DNA of 35,881 bases from an uncultured bacterium (GCA_964349955.1 CAYGIT010000003.1:1-35881), one strand, 5' to 3'; positions 16,713-25,733 are shown, counted from the first letter of the stretch. Notes: generated from the sequence alone by a model not told the origin. Translations and numbers: made by a program.

Positions 16713-17542
16713 TTCAGTCCTTTCCATTCAATCCAATGTTTTGCGGCAAGCGTGAGGACCGCAAGAAACATCAAAAGCGAGGCCACGGCAAAGGCCGGCG
16801 CGAATTGGTATTCATTATAAAGAATCTCGACATGCAAGGGAATCGTATTGGTGAGGCCGCGAATATGCCCCGAAACCACCGACACGGCGCCGAACTCCCC
16901 CATGGCCCGTGCATTACTAAGAATCACGCCATACAAAAGGCCCCATTTGATATTGGGCAAAGTCACGCGAAAGAAAGTCTGCCAGCCATTCGCGCCTAAA
17001 ATGACTGCGGAGTTTTCTTCATCCGCGCCTTGGGCCTGCATCAGCGGGATCAACTCACGCGCCACAAACGGGAATGTCACAAAGATCGTGGCAAGCACAA
17101 TCCCCGGAACCGCAAAAATGATTTTCAGGTCATGGGCTTGAAGCCAGGGGCCAAACACTCCGTGGGCGCCAAAAAGCAGCACATAAATCAATCCCGAAAT
17201 CACCGGAGAAACCGTGAAAGGAAGTTCGATGAGGGTGAGCAGGATTTTCCGGCCCCAAAAATCAAATTTCGTAATCGTCCACGCCGCGGCAATCCCGAAA
17301 AGAAGATTCAGCGGCAAACTGATTGCAGCAGCCAAAAGCGTCAAACGGATCGCGGCTCGCGCGTCAGGCTCGAGAATGGATTGAAAATAAACCTGAACTC
17401 CCTTGGCAAATGCATTCACCATGACAAGAACGATAGGCATCATCAAAAAAAGGACGAGATAGGCCAAGGCGATAAAAATCAAAAGCCCTTTCACAAAACC
17501 CGATTCCGAAGTCTGCGTACGTACTGAAGGCATAAGTCTCAT
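16709..17542 (-). CDS. cysW: Sulfate ABC transporter permease CysW
   Basis: This 277-aa ORF has six TM segments and an EAA-loop region ([27 protein letters not shown]). It lies between cysT and cysA. Confidence 0.88.
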   Translation of the reverse strand: MRLMPSVRTQTSESGFVKGLLIFIALAYLVLFLMMPIVLVMVNAFAKGVQVYFQSILEPDARAAIRLTLLAAAISLPLNLLFGIAAAWTITKFDFWGRKILLTLIELPFTVSPVISGLIYVLLFGAHGVFGPWLQAHDLKIIFAVPGIVLATIFVTFPFVARELIPLMQAQGADEENSAVILGANGWQTFFRVTLPNIKWGLLYGVILSNARAMGEFGAVSVVSGHIRGLTNTIPLHVEILYNEYQFAPAFAVASLLMFLAVLTLAAKHWIEWKGLK

Positions 17543-18366
17543 AGTGTTTGATATTTCCGGCTCCAGGCCTGGAGAATATTGATCAAAAGCAAAAGAGAAA
17601 AGGAAATCACCAGCATGACCGAGGCAATGGCCGTCGCACCGGCATAATCATACTGTTCCAGCTTCGTCATGATCAAAAGCGGGATAATTTCTGTTTTGAG
17701 CGGCATATTGCCCGCAATGAAAACAACGGAACCATACTCCCCCAGAGCCCGCGCAAAGGCCATGGCGCAACCGGTCAGAAGCGGTGGAAACAGCATGGGA
17801 AAAAGAACGCGCGAAAAGGCCTGCCACCGGCTTGCTCCAAGGCTAAAGGCGGCTTCTTCCAGTTCAGTATCCAAATCCCGTAAAACCGGCTCAAGGGTCC
17901 TGACGACAAACGGCAAACCGATAAACGTGAGGGCAATCACAATGCCCAGCGGCGAGAAGGCCGATTTGATTCCAAGCTTGAAAAGATACTGCCCGATCCA
18001 TCCATTCGGAGAATAAAGCGTGGTGAGGCAAATGCCTGCCACTGCAGTCGGCAGGGCAAAAGGCAGATCGACCAGCGCATCCAGAAACTTCTTGCATGGA
18101 AAATCATAGCGCACCAGGACCCAGGCAACGAGAAGACCGAAAACGCCGTTGATCAGGGCGCTGATCAGGGAAGCCGCAAAGCTCAGCCGGAAAGCCGACA
18201 TGGCGCGGGCCGAAAAAATCGTCTGCCAAAAAGCTTCGGGCGTCAGCGAGGCGGTTTTAAAAAACAAAAGCGAAAGAGGAATCAGCACAATCACGCTCAA
18301 ATAAAACAGCGTGAAGGCGAATGCCAGATTAAAACCGGGAAGAATGCTGTATTTTTTAAAAGGCAT
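17539..18366 (-). CDS. cysT: Sulfate ABC transporter permease CysT/CysU
   Basis: The sequence reads LPGFNLAF...[22 protein letters not shown] preferred ATG 18366. The track ORF begins at TTG 18381. Confidence 0.88.
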   Translation of the reverse strand: MPFKKYSILPGFNLAFAFTLFYLSVIVLIPLSLLFFKTASLTPEAFWQTIFSARAMSAFRLSFAASLISALINGVFGLLVAWVLVRYDFPCKKFLDALVDLPFALPTAVAGICLTTLYSPNGWIGQYLFKLGIKSAFSPLGIVIALTFIGLPFVVRTLEPVLRDLDTELEEAAFSLGASRWQAFSRVLFPMLFPPLLTGCAMAFARALGEYGSVVFIAGNMPLKTEIIPLLIMTKLEQYDYAGATAIASVMLVISFSLLLLINILQAWSRKYQTL

Positions 18367-18385
18367 AAATGAATACCCCAAAAAT

Positions 18386-18410
18386 GGATCCCCGCTTTCG
18401 CGGGGATGAC
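18386..18410. repeat. Family B REP-like hairpin (GGATCCCCGC-TTTC-GCGGGGATGAC)
   Basis: The stem tccccgc/gcgggga lies in the sbp-cysT spacer. Confidence 0.7.
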
Positions 18411-18417
18411 ACGGGAG

Positions 18418-19431
18418 TCATGTCAGATAAATCTGGTCGAAAATTCCGCCGTCTGCAAAATGTTCAGTTTGGGCTTTTTGCCATCCGCCGAAATCCGCAA
18501 TCGTCAGTAATTCCAGCTTCAGAAACCGGCCGGCATATTTTCCCGCCACGGACTGCGAACGCGGGCGGTAATAATTCTTCGCGATAATCTCCTGCCCTTC
18601 TTCCGTATAAAGAAATTCAAGATAGGCTTTTGCCGCTTCTTCGGTACCGTGCTTCTTTGCCACCTTGTCCACGACGGTCACCGGCGGTTCGGCCAGAATA
18701 CTGATCGAAGGAATGACCATTTCAAAACGTTCCTTCCCGAGCTCATTCACCGCGAGAAAGGCCTCGTTTTCCCAGGCGATCAGCACGTCCCCGATCCCCC
18801 GCTCAACAAAAGTCGTGGTCGCTCCCCGGGCACCCGTATCCAGAACCGTGACATTTTTATAGAGTTTGCCGATAAATTGTTTGGCTGCGGTTTCATCCCC
18901 GCCGGACTTTTTCAGCGCATATCCCCAAGCGGCCAGATAATTCCATCGCGCGCCGCCGGAAGTTTTCGGATTCGGGGTAATGACAGAAATTCCAGGCCTC
19001 ACCAAATCCTCCCAGTCCTTGATTCCTTTGGGATTTCCCTTCGGGACCAGAAAAACAATGGTCGAAGTGTAAGGCGCGCTGTTGTCAGGCAGTTTGGATT
19101 GCCAATTTTTTGAAAGAAGACCGCCTTTTTGAAAAAGCGCGTCAACATCGTACCCCAGCGCCAGCGTCGCGACATCCGCATCGAGCCCATCAATAATGGC
19201 CCGTGCCTGCTTGCCCGACCCACCGTGGGATTGATTAATCGCCACGCTCTGCCCTGTTTTTTGCTTCCACTGTTTGATGAATGCTTCGTTAATCTGCTTG
19301 TACAGCTCCCGGGTCGGATCGTACGAAGCATTGAGCAAAGTCACTTCCTTTTGTGCCGCAAACACCGGGGCAATCATGCTCTGCGAGAGCGCTAAAAATG
19401 AAATGAAAATCAATGCATTGAATTTTTTCAT
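18418..19431 (-). CDS. sbp: Periplasmic sulfate/thiosulfate-binding protein
   Basis: This 337-aa ORF has a signal peptide ([25 protein letters not shown]) and Sbp/CysP-type motifs ([35 protein letters not shown]). Confidence 0.9.
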   Translation of the reverse strand: MKKFNALIFISFLALSQSMIAPVFAAQKEVTLLNASYDPTRELYKQINEAFIKQWKQKTGQSVAINQSHGGSGKQARAIIDGLDADVATLALGYDVDALFQKGGLLSKNWQSKLPDNSAPYTSTIVFLVPKGNPKGIKDWEDLVRPGISVITPNPKTSGGARWNYLAAWGYALKKSGGDETAAKQFIGKLYKNVTVLDTGARGATTTFVERGIGDVLIAWENEAFLAVNELGKERFEMVIPSISILAEPPVTVVDKVAKKHGTEEAAKAYLEFLYTEEGQEIIAKNYYRPRSQSVAGKYAGRFLKLELLTIADFGGWQKAQTEHFADGGIFDQIYLT

Positions 19432-19446
19432 GATAATGTTTTTTCT

Positions 19447-19899
19447 TTATATAAAATACATTTCAGATGTTTTAAGTTTTTCGCTTCGCTCGATCATATC
19501 AGCCAAACTCGTTCCGTCTAAAATGGAAATGGTTGCTTCGTGCAGGTCTTTCATCACCATCCGGATCGAACAGGTGTTTTCGTCTTCGCAATCATCGCAT
19601 TTCCGGTAAGCGGTACGGCTCAAACACGGAACCGGCGATAGAGGCCCTTCCAGAATCCGCATGATCATGCCTAATTTGATTTGTTCAGGCGGTTTTGCAA
19701 GCCGGTATCCGCCCCCTTTCCCCTGTTTGCTATGAAGAATTCCATTTTTTTTGAGTTCCAGCAGAATCAACTCCAGAAACTTCTTAGGAATCCGGTCTTT
19801 TGCCGCCAGTTCGGAAATCAGAATCGGCTGGTTTTTGCCATATTCTTCTCCCAATGTCGTCAGGGCTTTAAGCGCATATTTTGTCTTCTTGGAGATCAT
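19447..19899 (-). CDS. Rrf2-family transcriptional regulator (CymR/IscR-like, Cys cluster present)
   Basis: This 150-aa ORF has the N-terminal wHTH MISKKTKYALKAL...ISELA and the Cys motif CLSRTAYRKCDDCEDENTC. It is the first gene of the sulfate operon. Confidence 0.88.
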   Translation of the reverse strand: MISKKTKYALKALTTLGEEYGKNQPILISELAAKDRIPKKFLELILLELKKNGILHSKQGKGGGYRLAKPPEQIKLGMIMRILEGPLSPVPCLSRTAYRKCDDCEDENTCSIRMVMKDLHEATISILDGTSLADMIERSEKLKTSEMYFI

Positions 19900-20006
19900 T
19901 ATCTATATTCCCTATCTATTTAATAGAGATTAAGCTAAAAAGACAGAGCTGTCAATAGGAAAATATCTTTAATTTTTAGAGTTCCAGATTGGAAGGTTTT
20001 AAGCTT

Positions 20007-20078
20007 GTCATCCCCGAATGTCTTAATCGGGGATCCATTTAAAAACAGAACATGGATTCCCGCTTTCGCGGGAATGAC
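20007..20078. repeat. Two family B REP-like hairpins in tandem
   Basis: The two hairpins are gtcatccccga-atgtcttaa-tcggggatcc (20007-20036) and ggattcccgc-tttc-gcgggaatgac (20054-20078). Confidence 0.75.
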
Positions 20079-20108
20079 ATTGAACTAGTTTGGACAGACC
20101 ATTAAATG

Positions 20109-20321
20109 CTACCGGACTTTGCGGTAAGGGTACTGGCCTTTGATTTCGGTCTCGAAAAACAAACCGTAAGACGGGGCGTTCAAAAAATTCTCGTAAACGG
20201 AAAAAGGAACATTTTCATACTGATAGGTTCCGCCCACAATAAATTCAACCTGGAGCATATTGCGCTTTGCTTCGTAACCAATCCATTCGATTTCTGTCGA
20301 AAGCACCATTTGATTGACCAT
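20109..20321 (-). CDS. KTSC-domain protein
   Basis: This 70-aa ORF reads IEWIGYEAKRNMLQVEFIVGGTYQYENVPFSVYENFLNAPSYG...GQYPY, which fits the KTSC domain pattern. Confidence 0.75.
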   Translation of the reverse strand: MVNQMVLSTEIEWIGYEAKRNMLQVEFIVGGTYQYENVPFSVYENFLNAPSYGLFFETEIKGQYPYRKVR

Positions 20322-20374
20322 TTGAAATCACCTCCTGTAAAGAGAGTATCGAAATTTCAGCGGGAAACTTGAGT

Positions 20375-20419
20375 AAAAACAGGGGACAGGCAGCGAATTA
20401 TTGCCTGTCCCCTGTTTTT
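20375..20419. terminator. Bidirectional intrinsic terminator built on the family C stem AGGGGACAGGCA
   Basis: The sequence is aaaaacaggggacaggca-gcgaattat-tgcctgtcccctgttttt, a 15-bp perfect stem flanked by A5 and T5. It overlaps the stop of the upstream GATase1-like gene. Confidence 0.8.
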
Positions 20420-21149
20420 ACCTGGCTTTGACCAGCCAACGGATCATCGAAGACAGAAATCGCACGTAAGCATCGCCAACTTCAATGCGGATGTCTTTGG
20501 TGACCGGGAGTCGAAGCGTCTTGCTTCCCCAATCCACCATTCCGCCGCACCAGTGAGGCGCAACATCGGTGGCCAGTACGGCTGTCCGGGTTTGCGGATC
20601 GGCATTCACAACCAAAAGAGGAATCTCCTTTTTCTCGAGGCTGATTTTTCGTTCGTGAACAATCCGGCGCACCGCAAGAACCACTTTTGCATTAGGGCGA
20701 GGGACCACTTCATTGAGGCCGCAGATCACAGGCAAATCACGAATGGAAAAATTTCCAAGAATAGCATGCCGGGCTTTGAGGACAATCGCGCCCCCGCCCG
20801 GTAAATTGACGCGGTCATCCTGCCCAAGGCATTGGACCGGCAGTAGTTTTTCGACAAGGCTTCCCTTCCATCCTCCAAAAGGTCCCGAAAAAGAACCCCA
20901 GCCCCCGATCATGGCAAAGCCCATTCCGTTTTCAACCGCCGCATTGAGGCGGATTTGCACTTTGCGGGAGCATTGTTTTACGGAGTAATCACTGAATAAA
21001 ATAGCATCAAATTTTTTTTCGAATGAAAGCGGACGAAGCGGTTTTGAAGGCGGAACATGGGTTGTTTTTGCGCCGAGAAATTTCAATACTCCGAGCAAAT
21101 AATTGGCCGGCCCGCCGACCGGACTGTCGCCCGCGTAAAGAATTCTCAC
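20418..21149 (-). CDS. GATase1-like (class I glutamine amidotransferase-like fold, DUF1355-type) protein
   Basis: The sequence reads VRILYAGDSP...AILFSDYS...GFAMIGGWGSFSG...LLPV...DVAPHWCGG. GTG 21149 forms a GTGA overlap with the DUF971 stop. The track start is 21191. Confidence 0.55.
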   Translation of the reverse strand: MRILYAGDSPVGGPANYLLGVLKFLGAKTTHVPPSKPLRPLSFEKKFDAILFSDYSVKQCSRKVQIRLNAAVENGMGFAMIGGWGSFSGPFGGWKGSLVEKLLPVQCLGQDDRVNLPGGGAIVLKARHAILGNFSIRDLPVICGLNEVVPRPNAKVVLAVRRIVHERKISLEKKEIPLLVVNADPQTRTAVLATDVAPHWCGGMVDWGSKTLRLPVTKDIRIEVGDAYVRFLSSMIRWLVKAR

Positions 21150-21475
21150 GAATCTTTTCCCTTTTCGTTTTGGCAAGCCTCGCAAGGACAAAGCCCTCTT
21201 AGGAAATCGTAACTGTAGATTCCGGTTTCATGGCGGTCGCTCCAGCGGAAGCGGATCGCGTAACGGCCCACCGGCGCCATTTCCAACGATTTAATGTCCG
21301 CCGGAATTTTATCCAGAGCAATCAGCCGCTTGCCGCTCCACTCGTCACGGCAGCCGGCGCATGGACAATTCAGGCGCAAAAACCGGTACAGATAAAGGCT
21401 CCGGTGGCCATCCTGCCAGTTGATCAAAACTTCTTCTTCTCCGACCGGATGGACTTCGACGGGTTGCATGGGCAT
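21146..21475 (-). CDS. DUF971-family protein (gamma-butyrobetaine hydroxylase-like N-terminal domain)
   Basis: The sequence reads INWQDGHRSLYLYRFLRLNCPCAGC...IRFRWSDRHETGIYSYDFLRGLCPC. I chose the start at ATG 21475. The upstream part of the 153-aa track ORF overlaps the preceding gene. Confidence 0.75.
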   Translation of the reverse strand: MPMQPVEVHPVGEEEVLINWQDGHRSLYLYRFLRLNCPCAGCRDEWSGKRLIALDKIPADIKSLEMAPVGRYAIRFRWSDRHETGIYSYDFLRGLCPCEACQNEKGKDS

Positions 21476-21500
21476 AGTAACGTCTATTGTAGGGTTTTGT

Positions 21501-21719
21501 TTAAACGTTTGCAACGGGCCTCCTTGGGTCTTCAAGCAAATACCCCACCCGCGCTTCTCCGGCCCCGAATTCCAGCGCCAGCCGGATGATTGTAGCGCAT
21601 TCTTCATACCGTTCTTCCAGCAACGCCTCTTTGAGATACAAGAGCGCGGTCAATGCTACAGGATTTATTTCCAGCCTCCGCCTGTCCGGAGGGACCCGCA
21701 CATTCAGTTTTTGAGCCAT
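21501..21719 (-). CDS. Hypothetical 72-aa protein, first gene of the DUF971 cluster
   Basis: ATG 21719 is preceded by GAGGAGAAGGAG. The protein looks helical (LKEALLEERYEECATIIRLALEFGA). I recognise no family. Confidence 0.55.
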   Translation of the reverse strand: MAQKLNVRVPPDRRRLEINPVALTALLYLKEALLEERYEECATIIRLALEFGAGEARVGYLLEDPRRPVANV

Positions 21720-21744
21720 GACTCCTTCTCCTCTACGTTGAAAA

Positions 21745-21786
21745 CAAAAAAGCCCACGACCGGTTTCCCAGTCATGGGCTTTTTTG
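21745..21786 (-). terminator. Intrinsic terminator downstream of the amidase gene
   Basis: The stem agcccacgac (21751-21760) pairs with gtcatgggct (21771-21780) with 1 mismatch. It is flanked by an A-run and a T-run, so it could work in either direction. Confidence 0.65.
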
Positions 21787-21977
21787 TAATTTTGAAAGTG
21801 TTGTTTAGTTATTTATCCGGCCAAACCCCTTCCAAAGCCCATGACCTCGGCATGAAGCCAAGACGCGCAACGCGCCTTCGCCATGCGATGCATGGTGGGT
21901 ACAAATGCTTTGGGTTGAATACAATACAAGAGATTCATCGGATTCATACTTATTACTGTAACATGCTTGTCAATAGT

Positions 21978-22050
21978 GTCATCCTGAGCGAAGCGAAGGA
22001 TCTCTAAGCGGAACCTGTAGATCCTTCGGCAAAAAACGCCTCAGGATGAC
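21978..22050. repeat. Family A palindromic element (GTCATCCTGAGCGAAGCGAAGGATCT...AGATCCTTCGG...CTCAGGATGAC)
   Basis: The outer arms gtcatcctgag/ctcaggatgac and inner arms gaaggatct/agatccttc are nested. The element lies immediately 3' of the amidase stop. Confidence 0.8.
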
Positions 22051-22056
22051 AGATTC

Positions 22057-22836
22057 TTATTCAGCAATACGGCGCTTGAATTCAGACCAGGGGAATTTGA
22101 GGCCGGGGCATTCAGTATTCTTGCCCATCACATCCCCGTGCCGAATCACATTTTGACCGCGGATCCCGTAATATTTTTGCAGGGTTTTCACAAGCGTGAC
22201 AAGACTCTCCAGTTCGGCCTGGGTCATGCGGCTTTCGCTAAAATTACCGACAATGACAACCCCGATCCCCCGCTGATTCATGCCATCGGCATTCGCATGC
22301 GCGCCGTCCAACTGTTTGATCCAGCGCGGCCCCACCTGAATCTGGCCGTCTTCTTTTCCGTTCGTTCCGTTGTTGATGAGAAAATGATAACCAAGCCCGT
22401 TCCAGAATCCGCGTTTATGATGAAGCTCATCGATCATGAAGGCATCTCCTTCATGCGTGGCCGTGTGATGAATCACAATATGCGTCCAGCGCATCGTTGG
22501 GTAAAGAGGGATCACCGAGCGCGGCCCCGTGGTTTTCGGAATCAAAAGCTTCTGACCGTTTGAAATTTTAGTAGGATCGCTCAAATGATTGGCCCGCAAC
22601 AGCGTATTCATATCAACATTGTAGGTTTTGCTGATACGCCAGAGAGTTTCCGAAGGCCCGACAACATGCACGAGATTGTGAGGACGATCATAGCCGGCCG
22701 CGCCTGTCGCCGTGACAACTCCGGTGCCCATCGCGCCTGGCCTGCCCGGGGCCGGGGCATGGGAACAACCGGCCGCCAAAAGCAATAGTAAGAGCGCACA
22801 AAATTTTATTTCAATCCGAAATTTTTCAGATTTCAT
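22057..22836 (-). CDS. LysM-domain N-acetylmuramoyl-L-alanine amidase lipoprotein (amidase_2/PGRP type)
   Basis: This 259-aa ORF has the lipobox LLLAAGC and a LysM domain (HVVGPSETLWRISKTYNVDMNTLLRANHL). It also has an amidase_2 core (IVIHHTAT...GYHFLI...GAHA...N..GIGV...GNF...H.D...T.CPG). Confidence 0.85.
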   Translation of the reverse strand: MKSEKFRIEIKFCALLLLLLAAGCSHAPAPGRPGAMGTGVVTATGAAGYDRPHNLVHVVGPSETLWRISKTYNVDMNTLLRANHLSDPTKISNGQKLLIPKTTGPRSVIPLYPTMRWTHIVIHHTATHEGDAFMIDELHHKRGFWNGLGYHFLINNGTNGKEDGQIQVGPRWIKQLDGAHANADGMNQRGIGVVIVGNFSESRMTQAELESLVTLVKTLQKYYGIRGQNVIRHGDVMGKNTECPGLKFPWSEFKRRIAE

Positions 22837-22840
22837 GTTT

Positions 22841-25657
22841 TTATTTTTTCAAAGCCTCGGAAACCGATGCCTGCAAGGTCCGGAGTCCTGCCAGAGGATC
22901 TTTTCCCAAATCAATGGCAAGAAATGGAAGGCCTTTGTCTTCCAGGGCCAGCATATCCCCGAGCGCCTGGGCTTTTTTGAGCTGGCCGAAAGTATAGGGC
23001 TCTCCCGGAATTTTGACATCCTTTTTCTCACGGATCAAGAGCTCAAGAAAAAGGCCGGATCGCGTGCCTCCTTTATAAAGTTGGCCGATCGAATGCAAAT
23101 AACGCGGCCCAAAACCCACAAGAACGGGAACGCCGAGGCGGGCTGCAATCGTTTCGCGTATTTTATCCAAAGCTTTTTGAGTCGCAGCGGAACGTTCCAG
23201 ATAAGCCAGAAGCGCAACATAGCCGCCTTTGGGGATTTTTCTGAAAATACCCTGAAGGGCTTCGGAGGATTTTGCGGAAATCATGCCTTTCGGATCCTCA
23301 AGTTTCTCTTTTTTCTTCAGGTCTTCGAGAATCCGGCCGGTATTGTCTTTGCTTTCTTTCACATTCGGTTCATCAAACGGATTGACTCCAAGTACCGCAC
23401 TTGCAACCGCGGTCGCAATTTCCCAGCGTAAAAATTCTGCGCCGATGGAAGAAGCGGAGGGCCATTGGATCTCGACGACGGGAAACCCCGCTTTTTTTAC
23501 TGCTTTCACGGATTTTGACAAGGCCCCGGATTTTTCGCCTTTGAAACTCAAAGCCAGAAAATACCGGTCCTTCGCATAGGCTGAAATTTGCAGAGGTTTT
23601 TCTCCCTCCACAGGAATGACTCCCTTGCCTTCCTTGCCTGTGCTTTCGGCGACAAGCTGTTCGAGCCAGGTGCCAAAAGACGCCAGCCGCGGCGAAGTCC
23701 AAACCGTCATTTTGTCTTTCCCATTCCGCGCCAACTCCCCCATTAAAATTCCAAGGGAAACCGCGGAATTTTTCTGCAAATCCGCTTCCTGAGCCTGGTT
23801 GAACATATTTCGCGCGGCGAAAAGAATATCCCGGATATCGATGCCAATCAAAGCCGCAGGAACCATCCCAAAAAGAGAAAGCGCCGAATAGCGGCCGCCG
23901 ATATCGGAGGGATTCAAAAAGATTTTCCGGAACTTCTTTTCGCGGGCAAGTTTTTCAAGATTAGAACCCGGATCGGTGATTGCAATAAAGTGTTTTCCCG
24001 TATCTGTCCCCTTTTTCGGTGTCTGACACCTCTGGAAAAAATAGCGGAACTGGGAAAGGGTCTCGACCGTGCCTCCGGATTTGCTGGCCACGATAAAAAG
24101 AGCGGATTTCAGCGGAACTTTCATTTCTAGATTCAAAAGGCTGGCGGGATCGGTCGTATCCACGACATGAAGCTTCGGAAAACCGGGAAGCCGTTCGCAA
24201 ATCAATCCCATGACTTCCGGCGCAAGGCTGGAACCGCCCATACCCAGGAGAACGACATTTTTTACTTTTTCCGAGCGGATTTCTTTTTGCAGAGCATCGA
24301 TGCTGTAAAGTTTTCCAAGCACCCAATCGTGGGCAGTCAGCCAGCCCAACCGGTTCAAAATGACTTTTTGATGTTCTGCATCGCTTTTCCACAAAGTAGG
24401 GTCTTTTTTGAATAATCGAGGGACAAAATCTTTGGGAATCTTGTTATCCTGAGCCCTTCCTTGGTCATCCTGAGCGCAGCGAAGGATCTCCGAGGACAGC
24501 TTTTCGCTCAGAGATTCTTCGGCCTGGGGCCTCAGAATGACATTCTTCCGCGAATCACGTTTCAGCTCGAGCGTTTTCATCAGCGAATCAAAAGACTGGA
24601 TAAACGACTTCACACCCTCTTTTTGAAGGATCTCCCCTTGCTCGATTAAATCGATGCCGCGTTTTTTTAAATCCGTGATTACGCGCTGCGATTCATCGAG
24701 ATCTTCTTCAATACTGTTGGGCCGAACCACGGCGTGATCCAGCACGGCCTCCAGCGTATTTTGCGGCAGCGTATTGACCGTATCTTTTCCCACAAGCGTT
24801 TCCACGTAAATCAAATCGGGATACGCAGGATTTTTGGTGCTGGTGCTGCCCCAAAGCGGCCGTTGCACCCGCGCGCCGGAAGCTTTCAACACATGAAAAT
24901 CCTCCGATGAAAACATGCGTTTGAATTCCTGATAAATCAAACGGGAATTGGCAATCGCGGCTTTTCCTTTAAGATTTCCGGCATCCGGCATGGCTTCCAG
25001 TTTTTTGTCCACGAGCGAATCGATCCGGCTCACAAACACGCTGGCCACGGAATGCACCCGGCTCAAATCTCCGCCTTTTTTCTTGTAGAGTTTCAATCCC
25101 GACAAATAAGCATTGGCAACATCCCGGTAATGCTGAATCGAAAACATCAGCGTGACATTGACATTAATGCCTTCCGCGATCACCGCTTTGATGGCAGGAA
25201 TCCCTTCAGGCGTCGCAGGAATCTTGATCATCACATTCGGCCGGTTCACCAGAGCAAAAAGGCGGCGAGCCTCCGCAATCGTGCCATTCGTATCGTAAGA
25301 CAGGTCGGGGCTGACTTCCAGGCTTACAAAGCCGTGCTCGCCCCCGCTTTTCTTATAGACAGGAAGGAACAAATCGCAGGCCGCCTGGATATCTGAAACC
25401 GTCAAGGCATCGTAAATTTCGAAAATAGACCTGTTCTTCCGGAGCATTTTGAAAATGTCCCGGTCATACTCTTTGGAGGAACCGATCGCTTTTTCAAAAA
25501 TCGTGGGGTTCGAGGTGACTCCCATCAAGCCCTTCTCTTCAATCAGCGTCTTCAAACTTCCCGATTCAATCAGCGCGCGGCTGATATTGTCGAGCCAGGG
25601 ACTTTGGCCCGCCTGAAGAAGTTCCAATGTCGGTAATTTTTGAGTCATAGAATTCAT
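22841..25657 (-). CDS. Bifunctional transaldolase / glucose-6-phosphate isomerase fusion
   Basis: This 938-aa ORF has an N-terminal transaldolase domain (QSPWLDNISR, GVTSNPTIFEKA, VSLEVSP, IKIPAT). After a linker it has a PGI domain (GMGGSSLAPEV, ASKSGGTVET, GGRYSALS). Confidence 0.88.
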   Translation of the reverse strand: MNSMTQKLPTLELLQAGQSPWLDNISRALIESGSLKTLIEEKGLMGVTSNPTIFEKAIGSSKEYDRDIFKMLRKNRSIFEIYDALTVSDIQAACDLFLPVYKKSGGEHGFVSLEVSPDLSYDTNGTIAEARRLFALVNRPNVMIKIPATPEGIPAIKAVIAEGINVNVTLMFSIQHYRDVANAYLSGLKLYKKKGGDLSRVHSVASVFVSRIDSLVDKKLEAMPDAGNLKGKAAIANSRLIYQEFKRMFSSEDFHVLKASGARVQRPLWGSTSTKNPAYPDLIYVETLVGKDTVNTLPQNTLEAVLDHAVVRPNSIEEDLDESQRVITDLKKRGIDLIEQGEILQKEGVKSFIQSFDSLMKTLELKRDSRKNVILRPQAEESLSEKLSSEILRCAQDDQGRAQDNKIPKDFVPRLFKKDPTLWKSDAEHQKVILNRLGWLTAHDWVLGKLYSIDALQKEIRSEKVKNVVLLGMGGSSLAPEVMGLICERLPGFPKLHVVDTTDPASLLNLEMKVPLKSALFIVASKSGGTVETLSQFRYFFQRCQTPKKGTDTGKHFIAITDPGSNLEKLAREKKFRKIFLNPSDIGGRYSALSLFGMVPAALIGIDIRDILFAARNMFNQAQEADLQKNSAVSLGILMGELARNGKDKMTVWTSPRLASFGTWLEQLVAESTGKEGKGVIPVEGEKPLQISAYAKDRYFLALSFKGEKSGALSKSVKAVKKAGFPVVEIQWPSASSIGAEFLRWEIATAVASAVLGVNPFDEPNVKESKDNTGRILEDLKKKEKLEDPKGMISAKSSEALQGIFRKIPKGGYVALLAYLERSAATQKALDKIRETIAARLGVPVLVGFGPRYLHSIGQLYKGGTRSGLFLELLIREKKDVKIPGEPYTFGQLKKAQALGDMLALEDKGLPFLAIDLGKDPLAGLRTLQASVSEALKK
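24443..24541. repeat. Family A palindromic element located inside the tal-pgi reading frame (99 nt = 33 codons)
   Basis: The element comprises gttatcctgagc (24443-24454), ggtcatcctgagcgcagcgaaggatctc (24463-24490) and the inverted arm gagattcttcggcctggggcctcagaatgac (24511-24541). On the minus strand it is translated as NVILRPQAEESLSEKLSSEILRCAQDDQGRAQDNK. Confidence 0.8.
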
Positions 25658-25681
25658 CCTTTTCTCCTGTAATTAGTCAGG

Positions 25682-25722
25682 ATTTAGGGGACAGGCATGA
25701 AGTACATGCCTGTCCCCTAAAT
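25682..25722. repeat. Family C hairpin (TTTAGGGGACAGGCATG-N7-CATGCCTGTCCCCTAAA) between glgP and tal-pgi
   Basis: This 17-bp perfect stem shares the core aggggacaggca/tgcctgtcccct with the terminator at 20375-20419. It has no U-tract. Confidence 0.75.
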
Positions 25723-25733
25723 CACCCCGACCG

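Noticed and set aside
19905-19925. An 11-nt palindrome CTATTTAATAG just upstream of the Rrf2 gene, considered as an Rrf2 operator.
   Set aside because: It is very short and AT-rich, and such palindromes are expected by chance in promoter regions. No second half-site or known Rrf2 consensus was recognised.
21787-21977. A 44-codon minus-strand sORF (MNPMNLLYCIQPK...) and a GC-rich stem in the 190-bp spacer between the amidase gene and the terminator.
   Set aside because: The sORF has no SD and unremarkable composition. The stem is short with a mismatch. Nothing distinguishes it from chance.
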